In this document: positions 56,041 through 64,000 of the stretch, piece after piece
Layout of the letters: every line of letters begins with the position of its first letter
How positions within the stretch are numbered: position 1 is the first letter of the stretch
Origin: Thermodesulfobacteriota bacterium
Lineage (GTDB): Bacteria > Desulfobacterota > Binatia > Bin18
Direction of reading: 5' to 3'
Length of the DNA stretch: 64,000 nt
NCBI GenBank assembly: GCA_964291405.2
Contig: OZ219926.1
Span: 3,168,001 to 3,232,000, forward strand
Translations under genes and position numbers: made by a program
Notes under the pieces: generated by a model
Told to the model about the DNA's origin: nothing
The model's database searches: none
What the model saw: only the letters and a program-made list of their open reading frames with translations

Positions 56041-59000
56041 ATGTCGTGCCCGAATTGTGGGCAAGTCAACCGGACGGGAGCAAAGTTTTGTGACGAATGT
56101 GGCACTCCTCTGCTGGTCCGTCCGGTTGGTGAAACGGCATCCGTACCGTCAGTTCAGTCAACACGAGAGCCACAGCGGTCACCCGTGCCTGCACCGGTGC
56201 ACGCGCCTACCGGACGGCGGCAGCTGACAGTCATGTTTTGCGACATTGTGGGATCAACGGCCCTCACCGGCCAGCTTGATCCCGAAGAGTGGCAGGACAT
56301 CGTTCGGACGTATCAAGAGACCTGTGCTAGCGTCATTCAACGTTTCGGTGGCTATATCGCCCAATATCTCGGCGATGGGATTTTGGTCTATTTTGGTTAT
56401 CCGATCGCCCACGAGGATGCCGCAGTACGGGCCGTGAAAACAGGTTTGGGCATTCTTGCTCAGCTGGATCAGATGAACAGCCAGCTCCAGCAGACCGAGC
56501 GCCAGCCGTCTTTTCGTCCGAGTACAAAAGACCCGCCGCAGATTCGGCTGCGGATCGGTATTCATACCGGACAGGTTGTGGTGGGCGACGTGGGTGCCGG
56601 CGAGCGGCACGAGCACCTCGCACTCGGCGAGACCCCCAATATTGCAGCGCACCTTCAGACTATTGCCAAGGCCGATACGGTTGTGATGAGTACCGCAGTT
56701 TATCGACTCGTCGAAGGTTTTTTTGAGTGCCAGACGCTCGGGCCACACACGCTCAAAGGCAAGGCGACTCCTATCTCAGTCTACCAAGTCATTAGGGAAG
56801 AAGGCGCGCAAAGCCGGTTTGAGGTAGCGCTTGAAGCCGGCTTGTCTCCTCTGGTCGGACGATCGGAAGAGCTCGCATTCCTGCGGCAACGGTGGGAGGC
56901 GGCCAAGGTCCGAGAGGGACAAGTCGTGCTGCTGGGGGGCGAGCCGGGTATTGGCAAGTCCCGCCTGGTCCAGGAACTCAAAGAGCAGGCAGCCAAGGCG
57001 GGCGAGGCACGCAGAGAATTCCGCTGCTCGTCCTATGCGCGTAACACAGCTTTTTACTCGGTGACCGACCATCTCCAACGCTGGCTGCAATTCCAAGGCG
57101 ATGAACCCGAAGATGAAAAATTTCGCCGTTTAGAGATCGCCTTGGAAGGCTATCGCCATTTGCCGGAGGAGAGTGTAGCTCTCTTTGCCTCCTTATTGGC
57201 ACTACCGTTGCCTGAACGCTTCGCTCCGCTCAGTCTGAGTCCAGAGCGACAGCGACAAAAGACACAGGAAGCCTTGGTCGCTTGGCTGGCTGAAGAATCG
57301 GAAGAGCGGCCCCTCCTCATTGTTTGGGAAGACCTGCATTGGGTCGATCCTTCGACGCTCGATCTCGTGCAGACGCTCATTGAGCGAGCCGCTCCGCTGC
57401 ACCTCTTCGTCCTCCTGGTTTTTCGTTCGTCGGAATTTACTCCTCCATGGCCCCCGCGGCCGCCTGTCCACTTGCTGATACTGAACCGTTTGGAGCGTCG
57501 ACCGATTGAGGAACTCATTACCCATGTCGCCCAAGGCCAACGACTGCCTCCACACCTGGTGGAACATATCGCGGCGCAGACCGATGGCGTTCCACTCTTT
57601 GTTGAAGAGCTGACCAAAACCATTATCGAGGTCGGCGTACCTGAAAATGGCGGGGACGGGGCTCCCCATACGATTCCTGCCACGCTTCAGGATTCATTAA
57701 TGGCCCGGCTTGACCAGCTTAGCAGTACCGCCCGGGATGTTGTCCAAATCGGCGCTGTCCTCGGCCGCGCCTTTTCGTATGCTCTGATCCGGGCGATGTG
57801 GCCGTCCGATGAGCAGCGGCTCACGTGGGGGCTGGCTCAACTCGTAGAGGCTGAGCTGATCTTTCAGAAAGGGATGCTTCCCCAGGCCCGCTGGGTCTTC
57901 AAGCATGCCATGCTCCAAGACACGGCGTATCAGTCTGTGCTCAAGAGTAAACGCCAGCAGATTCATCACCAGGTCGCCGATGTCCTCGTCAAGCAGTTCT
58001 CCGATATCAGACACCAGCAACCGGAATTAGTCGCCCACCATTACACCGAAGCTGGCTTACTCGATCAGGCTATTGGATTTTGGCAGTACGCCGGAGAGCA
58101 GGCTGTGCAACGCTCGGCGCACCGTGAGGGCATAGGCCATTTCCTCAAGGGGCTGGCGCTTCTCAACGAACTGCCGGAGACGCCCGACCGGACCCACAGG
58201 GAGTTGACCATCCAGACCCGCCTAGGTCCGAGTCTTATGGCGACCAAGGGCTACGCCGCCCCGGAGGTGGAACGCGCCTACGCCCGCGCCCAGGAGCTGT
58301 GTCAGCAGCTTGGAGAAACTCCGCAGTCTTTTCAGGTGCTCCGCGGCCTGTGGGTCGTCCACGAGATGCGGGCCGAACTCAGAACGGCGCGGAAGCTGGG
58401 CGAGCAATTACTCGCTTTGGCTCAACACCTGGATGATCCCGACCTGCTCATAGAGGTACATCGAGCCTTAGGCAATACCTTGTTGTGGATCGGGGAGTTT
58501 GCCCATGCGCGAGAACACCTACAAAAAGCCGTGGCGCTGCATAATCCGGAACAGCATAAAGCTCTGGCGTTTCAATACGGTACAGATCCACGAACCGTCT
58601 GTTTGTTATATGAGACGCTGGCCTTATGGGTTTTGGGCTACCCGGAACTGGCTCTACAGAAGAGCCAGGAAGCGCTGGAACGGGCAGAAGAGGGGGCCCA
58701 ACAGCATAGTCTCAGTCTTGCGGCTGCCCTGAACTGGACGGGCCTGCTGCATCAGCTTCGCGGCGAGGCAGGGGTGACCTATGAGCGTGCCGTAGCCGGG
58801 ATTGCCCTCGCGCAGCAGTGCGGGTTCCCCGATTGGGAGTTGATCGGGACGATATTCCGGGATTGGGCTGCAGCCGCGCAATCGCACAACGAAGCGCCTG
58901 TTGAGCAACTGCAAAAGGTGATAGCCGCCTGGTGTGCCACTGGAGCGGAACTCCTCCGACCCTACTTCCTCGGACTTTTGGCCGAGCAGTATGGAAAGAT

Positions 59001-59391
59001 CGGGTGGATTGAAAAGGGTTTAGCTCTCCTTGATGAGGCGCTGGCGGTTGTCAACACCAGTGCGGAGCGTTTCTCGGAAGCGGAGCTATACCGACTGCGA
59101 GGGGAGATGCTGCTGGTGCGGGATGCAAACAGGCTCTCAGCGCAGGCGAGCCCTCCCAGACCAAACAGTGAGGCAGAAGGTTGTTTTCAGAAGGCCCTGT
59201 TTATTGCCCGTAAACAAGGCGCCAAGTCGTGGGAGTTGCGCGCTGTGACGAGCCTGGCCCGGCAGTGGTGCAAACAGGGTAAACGAGAGAGTGCGCGACG
59301 GGTGCTGACAGAGACTACCGATTGGTTTACTGAAGGGCGTGAGACGCAAGACTTTCAAGCTGCCCAAGCCCTGCTTGCCGAATTGGTATAA
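56041..59391 (+). CDS. Class III nucleotide cyclase with zinc ribbon, STAND/AAA ATPase and TPR domains
   Basis: CPNC..CDEC, QLTVMFCDIVGST, YLGDG, RIGIHTG, GEPGIGKS, WEDLHW, ELRAVTSLAR. Confidence 0.92.
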   Translation: MSCPNCGQVNRTGAKFCDECGTPLLVRPVGETASVPSVQSTREPQRSPVPAPVHAPTGRRQLTVMFCDIVGSTALTGQLDPEEWQDIVRTYQETCASVIQRFGGYIAQYLGDGILVYFGYPIAHEDAAVRAVKTGLGILAQLDQMNSQLQQTERQPSFRPSTKDPPQIRLRIGIHTGQVVVGDVGAGERHEHLALGETPNIAAHLQTIAKADTVVMSTAVYRLVEGFFECQTLGPHTLKGKATPISVYQVIREEGAQSRFEVALEAGLSPLVGRSEELAFLRQRWEAAKVREGQVVLLGGEPGIGKSRLVQELKEQAAKAGEARREFRCSSYARNTAFYSVTDHLQRWLQFQGDEPEDEKFRRLEIALEGYRHLPEESVALFASLLALPLPERFAPLSLSPERQRQKTQEALVAWLAEESEERPLLIVWEDLHWVDPSTLDLVQTLIERAAPLHLFVLLVFRSSEFTPPWPPRPPVHLLILNRLERRPIEELITHVAQGQRLPPHLVEHIAAQTDGVPLFVEELTKTIIEVGVPENGGDGAPHTIPATLQDSLMARLDQLSSTARDVVQIGAVLGRAFSYALIRAMWPSDEQRLTWGLAQLVEAELIFQKGMLPQARWVFKHAMLQDTAYQSVLKSKRQQIHHQVADVLVKQFSDIRHQQPELVAHHYTEAGLLDQAIGFWQYAGEQAVQRSAHREGIGHFLKGLALLNELPETPDRTHRELTIQTRLGPSLMATKGYAAPEVERAYARAQELCQQLGETPQSFQVLRGLWVVHEMRAELRTARKLGEQLLALAQHLDDPDLLIEVHRALGNTLLWIGEFAHAREHLQKAVALHNPEQHKALAFQYGTDPRTVCLLYETLALWVLGYPELALQKSQEALERAEEGAQQHSLSLAAALNWTGLLHQLRGEAGVTYERAVAGIALAQQCGFPDWELIGTIFRDWAAAAQSHNEAPVEQLQKVIAAWCATGAELLRPYFLGLLAEQYGKIGWIEKGLALLDEALAVVNTSAERFSEAELYRLRGEMLLVRDANRLSAQASPPRPNSEAEGCFQKALFIARKQGAKSWELRAVTSLARQWCKQGKRESARRVLTETTDWFTEGRETQDFQAAQALLAELV

Positions 59392-59414
59392 TGATTGAGA
59401 GGCAATACACCACA

Positions 59415-60578
59415 ATGCAAAAGACACTGGGTCTACTGAGTACACTGCTGATAGGCGTCGGGATTACCGCTCACGCCGTCATGGCACAGGCAATTAAAGA
59501 GGAAGACTTGGGGGCGCAGGAAATCCAAGAGAGCCCAACGGCAGATTTGGAAGGGCAGGAAATTCAAGAGAGCCAAGTGGAGGCAGAAGGCATGCTCCAG
59601 GCTGCGGCGGAGGAAACGCCGTCCGAAACCTTTAGCGCCCAGGTATATACGCAGTTACCCGATACCCCGGAGGGGATCGGGGTGGACAGCCAAGGCAACC
59701 TGTATGCCTCGCTGTTCAATACCGGTGAGATCGTGCAGCTCAAAGAGGACGGGCAATACGTCCACATTGCCTGGGTTCCCACCGAAGCCGACAGCGGGAA
59801 GGGCCACGTTCTTGGTCTTGCCTCAGACAAAGACGATAACTTATTCGTGGCCTACAAGGCGCGCTCCAAGTACGACCGGGTCGGCGACCCACGCCACCCT
59901 GCCTGCCGTGATGCAACCGATGTAACGAGTGGAGTCTACCGGATTGATGCCGAAACGCGCGAGGTCACGCCCGTGGCCACCCGCGGGGATGGCTGGCCCT
60001 TTTGCTTTCCCGACGATGTTGCCATTGACGACGTGGGGAATATCTATTTGGCCGATTTGACCTATGCCGGGATTTGGAAAATTACGCTGGACGGTAGAGT
60101 CACCTTGTGGTCAGAGCATCCGCTGCTCCACTGGTCGGCGACGCCCTATTCCGGTTTTCCACTCGGGGTGAATGTCCTTGCCCTTGATGCAGGGCAGCGG
60201 AATATTTATGCAGCCACCAGCGGCGACCCGCTCGTGCTTCGGATCCCGATTCAGCCGGATGGCAGTGCTGACGAGCCGATTGTGGTATCCCGCGGACATA
60301 GCCTCATCGACGGTATTGCCTTGGACGAGGAGGGGAATATTTATGTTTCAGAGATTTTTCGGAACGAAATCATTGGCCTGTCGCCCGACGGTAGGCGACG
60401 GGTGGTGGTCGCGAATAAGCAATCGGCACCGCTGGACGGCAACGCCAGCTTGGTGATCCATGCGGGCATACTCTATGTGGCGAATCTGGGTTTTGCGCAT
60501 TCGCGTTGGCAGGACGCGGACAGGACGGTGGTTGCTATTCAGGGGTTTCCGCGACCGTTCCAAGCGTCGGGGGAGTAG
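59415..60578 (+). CDS. Secreted SMP-30/gluconolactonase-like beta-propeller protein
   Basis: Signal peptide; PEGIGVDSQGNLY, FPDDVAIDD.GNIY, DGIALDEEGNIYV. Confidence 0.82.
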   Translation: MQKTLGLLSTLLIGVGITAHAVMAQAIKEEDLGAQEIQESPTADLEGQEIQESQVEAEGMLQAAAEETPSETFSAQVYTQLPDTPEGIGVDSQGNLYASLFNTGEIVQLKEDGQYVHIAWVPTEADSGKGHVLGLASDKDDNLFVAYKARSKYDRVGDPRHPACRDATDVTSGVYRIDAETREVTPVATRGDGWPFCFPDDVAIDDVGNIYLADLTYAGIWKITLDGRVTLWSEHPLLHWSATPYSGFPLGVNVLALDAGQRNIYAATSGDPLVLRIPIQPDGSADEPIVVSRGHSLIDGIALDEEGNIYVSEIFRNEIIGLSPDGRRRVVVANKQSAPLDGNASLVIHAGILYVANLGFAHSRWQDADRTVVAIQGFPRPFQASGE

Positions 60579-60616
60579 AATTCACTACCGAAAGGCATCG
60601 CCTGAAAAATCAAAAG

Positions 60617-60648
60617 AAAAAGGGGCAGGATATTTCCTGCCCCTTTTT
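60617..60648. terminator. Bidirectional rho-independent terminator
   Basis: AAAAAGGGGCAGGA-TATT-TCCTGCCCCTTTTT between convergent genes. Confidence 0.85.
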
Positions 60649-60675
60649 GGTTAGCACGTTAGGAGTATATGCAGC

Positions 60676-62400
60676 TTAGTCTCTGCCGTGGCGCAACAGG
60701 TGGCCCGGGGTTGCACCGGTGCAGTTGCCGTCCTCAAAGGTGACGTCACCGTTCACCATGATCCAACGATAGCCTTCGGCGTACTGAACACGCCGCCACT
60801 CACCACCCGGAAAGTCGTGGACGACCTTTGGCTTCTCTGGAGTAAGCTTCAAGTTCTCAAGATCGTAGACGACCACATCTGCTCGGGCACCTTCTTGCAG
60901 GATGCCGCGATTCTGGAAGCCGGCGCACTGGGCGGGCATACCGCTCAGGCGATAGTGAGCTTCTTCAAGGCTCATAAAGCCAGCGTCGCGTACCATCCAA
61001 GTCAGCAGGTCAGTTGGATAGGCACCAATGGTGATGAACTTGGTATGCGCACCACCGTCTGACACTCCGGCCATACTGTACGGGGAAGACATCAGCTCGG
61101 ACACATAGTCCTGACGGACGTTGCGAGCAGGAGTATAGAATTCGGTTTCCAGATTCTCCTCAACCGCAATGTCGAACATCGCGTCTATGACGTGCTTGTT
61201 CTCCATCTTGGCGACTTCTTCGACCGTCTTGCCAATGAACTTTTCGAACTTCTCGTTCTTCACGGTTTCAACCGTGAAGTCCTTGAGCGATCCGGTCACG
61301 ACCGGCGTATGTCCGGTATCATATTCTGCGACCAAAGCCTGGCGGATGGCAGGGTTTTTGAGCTTTTCAAGCCGTTCGGCTGGCGTGCCCATGGTCACTT
61401 CACGCAGGACATCATTGCCGTCGAACAATCCTGACATATCGGCAAAACTGAAGTACAACCCTTGACGGAATGTCGCGGTCTGGTTGTAGATCTTGCGTCC
61501 GGCTTTGTTGGTCTTTTCCATCCAACGCAGGATACGGCGATGGATACTCGGCCGGTCGTCACGCGTCGCCGTGGCATTAAACAGAATCGGTCGGCCACAC
61601 TCGTCGGCCAAACGATCATAGAATCTCATATCGGCTTCAAAGTCCGGGCTGGATTGGGTGAGCTGGATAAAGCCTTCTCCCCGTTCCCTTAATACCCGGC
61701 CAAAGGCGAGCACGTCTTCGTCCGCCATGGTGTCCGTCACCATGGGTGTGCCGTCGTAGTCGCGCTGGACAGACACAAAGCCATCACCCAAACGCTGGGC
61801 CGAGAATCCACAACCACCAGCGTCCAGTGATTCATTCATAATCTGGCACATGGTCTGCTTTTCTTTGTCTGTGGCCGGACGGCTCTTGGCCGCTTCGAGC
61901 CCCATGGTCCAGATCATAATCGGTGCGATGGGAACAAAGCTCAGGACGTTGATCCCTTTGGGCGTCCGGTCAAGAAAGTCCAGCCATTCGGGGAAGGTCT
62001 CCCATTCCCACTTCATGCCGGCTTTCATGGACTCGTACGGAATGGCTTCGACGCGAGACATGGTCAGCATGGCACGATCACGCATCTCAGGCTTCACCGG
62101 AGCGAAACCAAATCCACAGTTACCGAGCACGATCGAGGTGACCCCGTGCCAGCCAGACAGCGTGACATAGGGGTCCCAGTTAATCTGGGCATCGTAGTGG
62201 GTGTGCAGATCAATAAAGCCCGGCGCAACGACGAGCCCGTTCGCGTCCAGCGTTTTGGCCGCATCGCTCGGGTTGAGCTTGCCGTTCGGCTCGATCTTCG
62301 CGATTTTGCCATCTTTAATTCCAACGTCCCCCATAAAGCGAGGAGTGCGGGAACCATCAACAATGGTGCCGCCTTGGATAAGTACGTCGTATTCGGCCAT
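60676..62400 (-). CDS. N-acyl-D-amino-acid deacylase-like amidohydrolase
   Basis: GGTIVDGS, APGFIDLHTHYDAQ, HGVTSIVLGNCGFG, SDGGAH. Confidence 0.92.
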   Translation of the reverse strand: MAEYDVLIQGGTIVDGSRTPRFMGDVGIKDGKIAKIEPNGKLNPSDAAKTLDANGLVVAPGFIDLHTHYDAQINWDPYVTLSGWHGVTSIVLGNCGFGFAPVKPEMRDRAMLTMSRVEAIPYESMKAGMKWEWETFPEWLDFLDRTPKGINVLSFVPIAPIMIWTMGLEAAKSRPATDKEKQTMCQIMNESLDAGGCGFSAQRLGDGFVSVQRDYDGTPMVTDTMADEDVLAFGRVLRERGEGFIQLTQSSPDFEADMRFYDRLADECGRPILFNATATRDDRPSIHRRILRWMEKTNKAGRKIYNQTATFRQGLYFSFADMSGLFDGNDVLREVTMGTPAERLEKLKNPAIRQALVAEYDTGHTPVVTGSLKDFTVETVKNEKFEKFIGKTVEEVAKMENKHVIDAMFDIAVEENLETEFYTPARNVRQDYVSELMSSPYSMAGVSDGGAHTKFITIGAYPTDLLTWMVRDAGFMSLEEAHYRLSGMPAQCAGFQNRGILQEGARADVVVYDLENLKLTPEKPKVVHDFPGGEWRRVQYAEGYRWIMVNGDVTFEDGNCTGATPGHLLRHGRD

Positions 62401-62634
62401 AATATGCCCTCCTATATAGATCGGAAAAATTGAACGCTCACTCAGTCTCCACCGAACCATGCCATAGGCCGACTATGGCTGTCAACAAGACATGGCCTAT
62501 TCTTTGGAGGGTGGCATATCAAGTGTAGACACGAGAGAACTGCCTGCCGTGTTGCTTACTCAAGCGGAAGAGTTGATAATATAAATATCCTAGGCATATT
62601 TTCGGCCAGTGCTAAGTGGAAGGAGGGGTTAGAG

Positions 62635-63246
62635 ATGGGTAAAGTGGATGCACGAAGAGCCGGTGTCGTTCTGGGCCTAATACTGAGCATGGGCCTGACG
62701 ACCATTTGGGTTCAGGCCCAAGAGCAAATACCAGGAGACGCCGCAGCGGCGGCTGAAGCTGCCGCACCGCCGTCCGATCAAGAGGCGGTGGAGGCCGCTG
62801 AGCAGACGGGGCAATCGGAACAAGAACAACAACCGCCAGCCCTGACGCTGGCCCTGGCCGAGCAGTTTCTGGACGCTGCCAAAGCAGAAGCACTCAGGCA
62901 AGGCTGGACCATGAGTTTTGCCGTCGTCGATGTGAGTGGACGACAGGTGGCGCTCATCCGTATGGATGGAGCCCGTTGGATGACGACCCAGGTAGCCCAG
63001 GCAAAGGCTTTTACTGCGGCAACGTTTCGGCGCCCTTCAGCAGCGGTGGAAGAGTTTGCGGAGCAACGCCCGGACTTATTTCAGAGTTTGACTCAGCTGA
63101 TTGATGAACCCATGCTCCTCGCCGGTGGCGGACTGCCGATTATTATTGAGGGTACATTGCTCGGCGGCGTTGGGGCGAGTGGCGGTACTGAGGCTGAGGA
63201 TATAGACTGTGCCCAAGTTGGTCTGGACGCCATAGGGGCGGAGTAA
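62635..63246 (+). CDS. Secreted GlcG/HbpS family heme-binding protein
   Basis: Signal peptide; AVVDVSG...RMDGA, AKAFTA, GGGLPI...LGGVGASGG..EDIDCA. Confidence 0.88.
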   Translation: MGKVDARRAGVVLGLILSMGLTTIWVQAQEQIPGDAAAAAEAAAPPSDQEAVEAAEQTGQSEQEQQPPALTLALAEQFLDAAKAEALRQGWTMSFAVVDVSGRQVALIRMDGARWMTTQVAQAKAFTAATFRRPSAAVEEFAEQRPDLFQSLTQLIDEPMLLAGGGLPIIIEGTLLGGVGASGGTEAEDIDCAQVGLDAIGAE

Positions 63247-63249
63247 GGG

Positions 63250-63999
63250 TTATGAGGAGCGGACTTTCACACCTGCCCGCTCCTCTTGCAGTAGGAACAC
63301 CGAGGTCGAGTCGCGCTCACTCCAGCCGCGGGCGAGGGCTTCGATGAATTCCTGCTCCAATAGATTGGCCATTTTCATTGGTACGTCAAACTCCCGTCCC
63401 AAGCTTGTGGCGAGCCCAATGTCTTTACGGGCGAGATGCAAGGCAAAGCGGACGGTATCAAAGTCGCCTTTGAATATGCGTTGTGGCAGGGTGTGGTTCA
63501 GGGTGAGTCCCTGACCCATAGCGCCGTCCGCAATGGCGCGACGGAGCGCCTCGGGCGCAACCCCGGCCTTCACGCCGACAGTCAGTCCCTCCGCCAGGAG
63601 GGCGCGAAACCCGTTACTGACCATATTATGGACAATCTTGGCAATCAGACCACAGCCGATCCCGCCGACGTAGGATACCTTGTTGCCAATCACGTCGAGG
63701 ACGGGTTTGGCCCGCTCATAGATGGCGGGGGCACCGCCGACCATGACCGCCAGCGTGGCGGACTGGGCTCCGACCGGCCCGCCGCTGACCGGGGCATCAA
63801 GGACATGGACGTTTTGCTCCTGGTAGGCGGCGTGAATCTCTCGAATGAGGGTCGGCGAGCTGGTCGAGAGGTCGATATAGACGGAGTTGGGGTACGACCC
63901 GCGAAGGATTCCTTCTTCCCCTAAAGCGACCGCTTCAACCTCAGTCGGGCCTGGCAGCGAGGTGAAGGTGATCTCGCTGCCAGCCGCAACGGCTTTGGG
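63250..63999 (-). CDS. 3-hydroxyisobutyrate dehydrogenase family oxidoreductase, 5' partial
   Basis: Frame is open from the window edge: [37 protein letters not shown]. Confidence 0.9.
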   Translation of the reverse strand, partial: PKAVAAGSEITFTSLPGPTEVEAVALGEEGILRGSYPNSVYIDLSTSSPTLIREIHAAYQEQNVHVLDAPVSGGPVGAQSATLAVMVGGAPAIYERAKPVLDVIGNKVSYVGGIGCGLIAKIVHNMVSNGFRALLAEGLTVGVKAGVAPEALRRAIADGAMGQGLTLNHTLPQRIFKGDFDTVRFALHLARKDIGLATSLGREFDVPMKMANLLEQEFIEALARGWSERDSTSVFLLQEERAGVKVRSS

Positions 64000-64000
64000 G

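Noticed and set aside
1-64000. CRISPR array, rRNA, tRNA, integrase, transposase, reverse transcriptase
   Set aside because: No regularly spaced repeat-spacer pattern, RNA gene signature or matching ORF motifs were seen by eye; small RNAs could be missed without covariance searches

Overview
Gene-dense bacterial chromosomal window with no rRNA, tRNA or CRISPR array seen. The gene mix (XoxF methylotrophy, a toluene-type diiron monooxygenase, amidohydrolases, a STAND adenylate cyclase, an AhpD selenoprotein) resembles Binatota/Tectomicrobia-like lineages, which is inference only. From left to right: housekeeping and metabolic genes (lhgO, folK, a PAS sensor, pckG, cobalamin adenosyltransferase, MaoC); a toluene-4-monooxygenase-like operon in the order A-B-E-C-D with no reductase and natural F100/L103/S201 pocket residues; a toxin-antitoxin island whose only intact hicAB pair is bracketed by two 101-bp copies of the 3' end of a DNA-methyltransferase gene; uvrB, a nitrosocyanin-like cupredoxin and pcm. 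A ~26 kb sphingolipid locus (20.3-46.8 kb) carries spt, bCerS-like, CerR-like and cpgA/B/C-like genes, a fused LptF-LptG, an ABC flippase and an expanded head-group kit (GT2, kinase-like, GT8/ELM1 fusion, GpmA/2OG-oxygenase fusion). Then come an AhpD-like CxxU selenoprotein with a SECIS hairpin, xoxF with an xoxJ-cytochrome c fusion, and assorted hydrolases. Four genes are split by small indels, which may be sequencing error. All assignments come from motif recognition; no searches were run.
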